This document shows, piece by piece, positions 58,808 to 64,000 of a DNA stretch of 64,000 bases (position 1 is its first letter; each line of letters starts with the position of its first letter). A model generated the notes under the pieces. It made no database searches. It saw only the letters and a list, made by a program, of their open reading frames with translations, and had not been told where the DNA came from. The stretch spans positions 128,684-192,683 of the forward strand of contig CAYPCX010000001.1 of NCBI GenBank assembly GCA_964409365.1, read 5' to 3'. The position numbers and the translations under genes were made by a program. This DNA is from an uncultured Planctomycetia bacterium. Lineage in GTDB: Bacteria; Omnitrophota; Gorgyraeia; Tantalellales; Tantalellaceae.

Positions 58808-60799
58808 ATGAAGAAATACGTTGAGGTCATAACCAGTTTACCTATCGACCGGACCTTCCAGTATGAGGTCACGGGCGAGGAGACGTTCCCTCCGGAGATA
58901 GGAAAGAGGGTCCACATACCTTTCCGCAGCGCCAGACGCGTGGGATATATCGTCAAAATAGAGGACCGCCCCATGGTGAAAGAACCGAGGCCCCTCATAG
59001 ACATCATAGACGAGAACCCGATATTCACGAAGGAGATGATCGACCTTGCCGGCTGGATCAAGGACAATTATTTCTGTTCATGGGGAGAAGCTCTTGAAGC
59101 GATGATCCCCGGGCCTTTGAAACACGGGAAGATCTCTATGACCTCCCGGGTGAAAGAAGCGCCCGGTGAAGTGGAGCCGACCGAGCCGCACGTTCCCAAC
59201 AAAGAGCAGAAAAAGGTGCTGGACAGTATCAATAAATGCCTGGACGAGGGGAGGCACGAAGTCTTCCTGCTTCACGGCATAACCGGCAGCGGCAAGACGG
59301 AGATATACCTCCAGGCCATGGAAAGCGTCATGGCGAAGGGGAAAAGCGGTATCATACTTGTTCCGGAGATATCCCTCACTCCGCAAACGGTAGAGCGTTT
59401 CATGTCGAGGTTCGGGCAGCGCGTTGCCGTTTTCCATTCAAGGATGCTCCAGAGCGCGAAGTTCAAAGAATGGGAACGCATCCGCAAAGGCGAAGCGCGT
59501 ATAGTGGTCGGGCCGCGTTCGGCGGTCTTCAGCCCGTTCCGGGAAATAGGCCTTTTTGTGGTGGATGAAGAACATGAACCCAGCTATAAACAGGAGGACG
59601 TGCCCAGGTATCACGCGCGGGACGTCGCGATAGAAAGAGCTAAAGAAGCGGGAGTGCCTGTGATACTCGGCAGCGCGACACCTTCCCTCGAGTCTTTCTA
59701 CAAGGCCGCCAGCGGGGAGTATCACCTCGTGGAGCTCACTCAGAGGATAAAGGAAAAAGAACTTCCCAAAGTAAAACTGGTGGACATGAGGATGGAGTTC
59801 GACACGAGGGTAGGGAAAAAAGTCGTTTCGCAGGTCCTGGCCGAAGCCCTAAAGAAGGATATCACCAAGAAACAGCAGGCGCTTATATTCCTGAACCGCA
59901 GGGGATTTTCCACTTTCGTGTCCTGCCGGAAATGCGGGCACGTCATAAAATGCCCTAAATGTGATTCGCCCATGGTCTTCCACAAGGAGAAGGACGAGCT
60001 TATCTGTCATTACTGCAATGCGAGGATCAGCCCTCCGGTAATATGCCCCGCGTGCAACGGGGATTACCTGATGTATAGGGGTACCGGCACGCAGAAGGTC
60101 GAAGCGGAGCTGAAAAGGATCCTGCCGGAAGTACGCATAGCCAGGATGGATTCGGACTCCATGACCAAAAGAGGTTCCCACGGCAGGGTGCTGAAAGATT
60201 TCAAGGACCACGGGATCGACGTGATCGTCGGCACGCAGATGATAGCTAAAGGACTGGATTTCCCTAAAGTGACGCTGGTAGGCGTGGTGTCCGCTGATGC
60301 CAATCTCAACCTCCCGGATTTTCGTTCCGGGGAACGCACGTTCAACCTTATCACCCAGGTAGCCGGGCGCGCCGGGCGCGGTGACCTGGGTGGAGAGGTG
60401 ATAGTACAGACCTATACGCCGGAACATTACGCGGTGGGCCTTGCGGCAAAGCACGATTATAACACCTTTTATTATAAAGAGATAGAATCACGGCGCCATT
60501 TGTCATTCCCCCCGTTCGTGAACCTGGTGAAGATCACCTTGAGGTCCAGGAAAGAAGAGAACGCGCAAGAAGCCGCTGAAAGATTGGCGAAGGTCCTTAA
60601 GAAGAAGATACAGGGTATCGATATCCTCGGACCGGCGCCGTCGCCGATGGCGAAACTGAGGGGGTATTACAGGTGGAACGTTCTTATCCGGGCGCAGGAC
60701 AGAAGCGCCATGGTTAAAAAGTTGCGGAGCGCGTTGAAGGGATTCCGCAAAGGCTCCGGGGTTTTCATGGCGGTTGACGTCGATCCGATGTCGATGTAG
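58808..60799 (+). CDS. priA: Primosomal protein N'
   Basis: GITGSGKTE, VPEISLTPQ, DEEH, four CxxC pairs, GTQMIAKG and QVAGRAGR motifs. Confidence 0.97.
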   Translation: MKKYVEVITSLPIDRTFQYEVTGEETFPPEIGKRVHIPFRSARRVGYIVKIEDRPMVKEPRPLIDIIDENPIFTKEMIDLAGWIKDNYFCSWGEALEAMIPGPLKHGKISMTSRVKEAPGEVEPTEPHVPNKEQKKVLDSINKCLDEGRHEVFLLHGITGSGKTEIYLQAMESVMAKGKSGIILVPEISLTPQTVERFMSRFGQRVAVFHSRMLQSAKFKEWERIRKGEARIVVGPRSAVFSPFREIGLFVVDEEHEPSYKQEDVPRYHARDVAIERAKEAGVPVILGSATPSLESFYKAASGEYHLVELTQRIKEKELPKVKLVDMRMEFDTRVGKKVVSQVLAEALKKDITKKQQALIFLNRRGFSTFVSCRKCGHVIKCPKCDSPMVFHKEKDELICHYCNARISPPVICPACNGDYLMYRGTGTQKVEAELKRILPEVRIARMDSDSMTKRGSHGRVLKDFKDHGIDVIVGTQMIAKGLDFPKVTLVGVVSADANLNLPDFRSGERTFNLITQVAGRAGRGDLGGEVIVQTYTPEHYAVGLAAKHDYNTFYYKEIESRRHLSFPPFVNLVKITLRSRKEENAQEAAERLAKVLKKKIQGIDILGPAPSPMAKLRGYYRWNVLIRAQDRSAMVKKLRSALKGFRKGSGVFMAVDVDPMSM

Positions 60800-60808
60800 C
60801 TCTTTAAC

Positions 60809-60955
60809 AATGTTTGAGGTGTTTTTAGGCCGACATAAAAGGAAAGAGTATCCCGTGCTCAAACAGTTTTTGCGTAGCTCAGCAGGCAACAGCAAAAAAA
60901 CTGCGCGCGGGACACTCTTCGCTTTTTCGCAGCAAGGTCGAACATCTCAAACATT
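60809..60955. repeat. Dispersed hairpin element, copy 4
   Basis: Same core as copies 1-3; outer arms AATGTTTGAGGTGTT/AACATCTCAAACATT. Confidence 0.95.
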
Positions 60956-61100
60956 TGGTTTGGGGTGTTTTTAGGCCGACATAAAAGGAAAGAGTATCCC
61001 GTGCTCAAACAGTTTTTGCGTAGCTCAGCAGGCAACAGCAAAAAAACTGCGCGCGGGACACTCTTCGCTTTTTCGCAGCAAGGTCGAACATCTCAAGCAA
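60956..61100. repeat. Dispersed hairpin element, copy 5 (tandem duplicate of copy 4)
   Basis: 60818-60950 is identical to 60964-61096 (133 bp, period 146). Confidence 0.95.
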
Positions 61101-61155
61101 AAATAAGGTTTTCTTTTACATTTTAGGGTTTTCGCTTTAAACTGACACCTGTAAT

Positions 61156-61228
61156 CTGGTAACTGGTTACTGGTTACTGGTAACTGGTAACTGGTAACTG
61201 GTTACTGGTAACTGGTTACTGGTAACTG
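61156..61228. repeat. Heptamer tandem array (CTGGTWA)10
   Basis: Ten consecutive CTGGTAA/CTGGTTA units ending just before the GAGGTG RBS of fmt. Confidence 0.97.
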
Positions 61229-61239
61229 AATGAGGTGGT

Positions 61240-62175
61240 ATGCGTATAGTTTTTTTCGGGACAGGTAAGTTCGCGGTGCCGGTATTGAAGAGATTGCTGG
61301 CGAGTGATCATGAGATCGCTGCGGTAGTTACCCAGCCGGACAAGAAGAAAGGCCGCGGGTGGAATGTCCAGCCCACGCCGGTAAAGGCGGTCGTTGAACA
61401 GATGCGTCCAGAGGTCCATGTTTTCCAGCCGGAAAAGGCCTCGGAGGCTTCTTTCATCGACGAGATGCGCGGGATGGGAGCGGATTTTTTTGTAGTGGTG
61501 GACTATGGAAAGAAACTTCCAAAAGTGCTTCTGGACCTTCCTGGGAAATACTGCATAAACCTTCATCCGTCGCTATTGCCCAAATACCGGGGTGCCGCCC
61601 CGGTGAACTGGGCCGTGCTGAACGGCGATAAGGAGACCGGCAACACGGTCATTAAGATGTCCGAGGAGATGGATGCCGGTGATATCATTGCACAGGAGAA
61701 AGTGGAAATAGGCGAAGACGAGACCGCGGTCTCTTTGCTCGAACGGCTTTCGCGCGACGGGGCGGATCTTGTCATGAAAGTGATAGATATGGCTGAAGCC
61801 GGTGAGGAAAGTTTTACCGCACAGGACGAAAAGGGCGCGTCCTATGCTCCGCGGCTTACCAAAGAACAGGGGAGGATAGACTGGACGATCTCCGCGGCCG
61901 AAATAACGAGAAAAGTGAAAGCCATGCAGCCGTGGCCCGGCGCGTTCACTTCTCTAGGCGGGAGAACGTTGAAGATCATAGAAGCCTGTACGGAAAGTGG
62001 CACGAGCGACGCTCCGCCGGGGGCCGTTACTGATGTAAAAGCTTTTATAGTGAGCACGGGAGAGGGTTCCGTCCGGATAAAGATGCTGCAGATCGAAGGG
62101 AAAAAGATCATGCCGGTCCGGGAATTCCTGAAGGGGCACCGGATAGAAAAGGGCACGGTACTGGGCGCGCAATAA
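61240..62175 (+). CDS. fmt: Methionyl-tRNA formyltransferase
   Basis: MRIVFFGT, VVTQPD...GRG, NLHPSLLPKYRGAAP and PWPGA motifs. Confidence 0.97.
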   Translation: MRIVFFGTGKFAVPVLKRLLASDHEIAAVVTQPDKKKGRGWNVQPTPVKAVVEQMRPEVHVFQPEKASEASFIDEMRGMGADFFVVVDYGKKLPKVLLDLPGKYCINLHPSLLPKYRGAAPVNWAVLNGDKETGNTVIKMSEEMDAGDIIAQEKVEIGEDETAVSLLERLSRDGADLVMKVIDMAEAGEESFTAQDEKGASYAPRLTKEQGRIDWTISAAEITRKVKAMQPWPGAFTSLGGRTLKIIEACTESGTSDAPPGAVTDVKAFIVSTGEGSVRIKMLQIEGKKIMPVREFLKGHRIEKGTVLGAQ

Positions 62176-62183
62176 AAAAATCA

Positions 62184-62212
62184 TTGATAGATTAAGGAGA
62201 TGATTATATAAT
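62184..62212 (+). promoter_or_regulatory. Sigma70-type promoter for gap-pgk
   Basis: TTGATA (62184-62189), 17-bp spacer, TATAAT (62207-62212) in an AT-rich gap upstream of gap. Confidence 0.75.
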
Positions 62213-62277
62213 ACGAAATTCTAAAGAAGTTTCGGTTACGGGTTCGAGGATACAAGAAAAACACGAAGGAGGAAGAA

Positions 62278-63273
62278 ATGGCTATAAGAGTAGGGATCAA
62301 CGGTTTCGGCAGGATAGGAAGAATGGTATGCAAGATAATGGCCGAGCGCGGCGGGTTCGATATAGTCGCTGTCAACGACCTTACGGATGCCAAGACGATG
62401 GCCCACATGCTGAAGTACGATTCGGTGCACGGTATATTCAAGGGCGAGGTAAGTGCGGAAGATAACGCGATCATCATCAACGGCAAAAAAATAGATTTTT
62501 TGAGCATAAAGAATCCGGCGGAGCTTCCCTGGAAAAAAGAGGACGTCCAGGTCGTGGTGGAATCCACGGGCGTTTTCCGTGAAAGGGCCAAGATAGCCAT
62601 GCATCTCGAAGCCGGCGCGAAGAAAGTGCTCCTGACAGTGCCCGCCAAGGACGAGATCGACAACATGATAGTCCTCGGCGTGAACCCCGAAGCGCTCAAG
62701 CCGACCGACCAGATCGTTTCCAACGCGTCCTGCACCACGAACTGTCTCGCCCCGATGGTAAAAGTGCTCAATGACACGTTCGGTGTTGAAAGGGGGCTCA
62801 TGACCACCATTCACGCTTACACCAACGACCAGAGGATAGTGGATATGTACCACAAGGATTTGAGAAGGGCCCGTGCCGCCGCGGAGAACGTGATCCCCAC
62901 CACCACCGGCGCCGCGAAGGCCGTCGGGAAGATCATTCCCGAACTTAACGGCAAAATAAACGGTATGGCGGTAAGAGTGCCCGTGCCCTGTGGTTCGCTC
63001 ACGGATTTCGTTGCCACGCTGAAAACGAAAGTGACCAAGGACCAGATCAACGGGGCGTTCAAAAAGGCAGCCGGTTCTTCGCTCAAGGGAATACTCGAGT
63101 ATTCCGAAGAACCACTGGTCTCGAGGGACATAATAGGGAACACCCATTCCTGTATATTCGACTCCGGTTCGACGATGGTCATAGACGACAACCTGGTGAA
63201 GGTAGTCGGCTGGTACGATAATGAGTGGGGTTATTCCAACAGAGTGGTCGATCTTATCGAAAAGCTCGTGTAA
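62278..63273 (+). CDS. gap: Type I glyceraldehyde-3-phosphate dehydrogenase
   Basis: [22 protein letters not shown] and WYDNEWGYS motifs. Confidence 0.98.
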   Translation: MAIRVGINGFGRIGRMVCKIMAERGGFDIVAVNDLTDAKTMAHMLKYDSVHGIFKGEVSAEDNAIIINGKKIDFLSIKNPAELPWKKEDVQVVVESTGVFRERAKIAMHLEAGAKKVLLTVPAKDEIDNMIVLGVNPEALKPTDQIVSNASCTTNCLAPMVKVLNDTFGVERGLMTTIHAYTNDQRIVDMYHKDLRRARAAAENVIPTTTGAAKAVGKIIPELNGKINGMAVRVPVPCGSLTDFVATLKTKVTKDQINGAFKKAAGSSLKGILEYSEEPLVSRDIIGNTHSCIFDSGSTMVIDDNLVKVVGWYDNEWGYSNRVVDLIEKLV

Positions 63274-63293
63274 CGGACATCAGGAGGTGCCAC

Positions 63294-64000
63294 ATGAAAA
63301 AGACAGTTACCGATGTCGATCTGAAGGGTAAAAAAGTGCTTATGCGGGCCGATTTTAACGTCCCGCTGGACGATAAGCGCAACATCACCGATGATACCAG
63401 GATAGTAGCGGCCCTTCCGACGATAAGGTACATACTCGACAACGGCGGCAAGCTTATCCTCATGAGCCATCTCGGCAGGCCTAAGGGAGAGGTCAAGCCG
63501 GAGCTGTGTCTCGACCCGGTGGCTGAAAGACTTTCCACGCTTCTCAGGAAGGACGTCAGGAAGATGGATGATTGTGTGGGCGAGGACGTGGAAGACGCCG
63601 TGAGCAACATGAAAGAAGGCGATTGCATACTCCTGGAGAACCTCAGGTTCCACAAAGAGGAGACGAAGAACGATCCAGGTTTTGCGAAACAGCTCGCGTC
63701 GCTGGGCGACGTGTTCGTCGAGGACGCGTTCGGCACCTGTCACCGCGCTCACGCTTCCACGGTAGGGGTTACCCAGTACCTTCCGAGCGTAGCCGGTTTC
63801 CTCGTGGAGAAAGAAATAAAGTATTTCGAGAAAGTGACGAAAGATCCGGACAAACCTTTTTGCCTCATGCTCGGCGGGGCCAAGGTAGCCGACAAGATAC
63901 CCGTTATCGAGAACATGCTCGATAAGATAAATTTCCTGCTGATCGGCGGGGCCATGGCATACACGTTCCTCAAATCGAGGCGTAAAGGTATAGGCGCCTC
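63294..64000 (+). CDS. pgk: Phosphoglycerate kinase (3'-partial)
   Basis: AGGAGG RBS then [39 protein letters not shown] and GGAKVADKI; runs off the window end. Confidence 0.96.
   Translation, partial: MKKTVTDVDLKGKKVLMRADFNVPLDDKRNITDDTRIVAALPTIRYILDNGGKLILMSHLGRPKGEVKPELCLDPVAERLSTLLRKDVRKMDDCVGEDVEDAVSNMKEGDCILLENLRFHKEETKNDPGFAKQLASLGDVFVEDAFGTCHRAHASTVGVTQYLPSVAGFLVEKEIKYFEKVTKDPDKPFCLMLGGAKVADKIPVIENMLDKINFLLIGGAMAYTFLKSRRKGIGA

Noticed and set aside
60774-61041. Small ORFs over the repeat elements (60774-60974, 60859-61041; also 48500-48700, 58607-58795)
   Set aside because: Their mutual similarity comes from the DNA repeat, and frames and starts are not conserved between copies
60809-61100. 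Possible CRISPR array
   Set aside because: Only two long units with identical interiors, no unique spacers and no cas genes
43507-61100. Hairpin elements as integron attC sites or tRNAs
   Set aside because: No RYYYAAC/GTTRRRY ends, no integrase, one copy is inverted, and there is no cloverleaf or T-loop motif

Overview
About 61 protein-coding genes, all on the + strand and mostly with overlapping or abutting stop/start codons. Positions 1 to ~57.6 kb are a very large cell-surface glycan (LPS/O-antigen-like) locus that continues upstream of the window. It contains a CDP-6-deoxy/C-methyl sugar module, many decorating enzymes (sulfo-, O-methyl-, carbamoyl-, formyl- and acetyl-transferases, two B12 radical SAMs), an aldolase/CMP-transferase/sugar-phosphate-cyclase module, about 20 glycosyltransferases including three GT-C-like membrane enzymes, WcaJ-like and WaaL-like proteins, and gmhB. 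Housekeeping genes follow (udg, PilZ, priA, fmt, gap, partial pgk). The style suggests a Gram-negative, possibly PVC-group/Omnitrophota-like bacterium (weak inference). Three things stand out. (1) A divergent RtcB (RNA-ligase fold) gene is coupled to a thymidylate-kinase-like gene in the middle of the glycosyltransferase operon. (2) A ~140-bp hairpin element occurs five times, with a conserved core and outer stems that differ in sequence but stay complementary, each at the end of a gene. (3) Most other sizeable intergenic gaps hold 6-9-mer tandem arrays, often paired with their own reverse complement. No tRNA, rRNA, CRISPR or transposase was seen. All product calls come from motif recognition by eye; no database searches were run.
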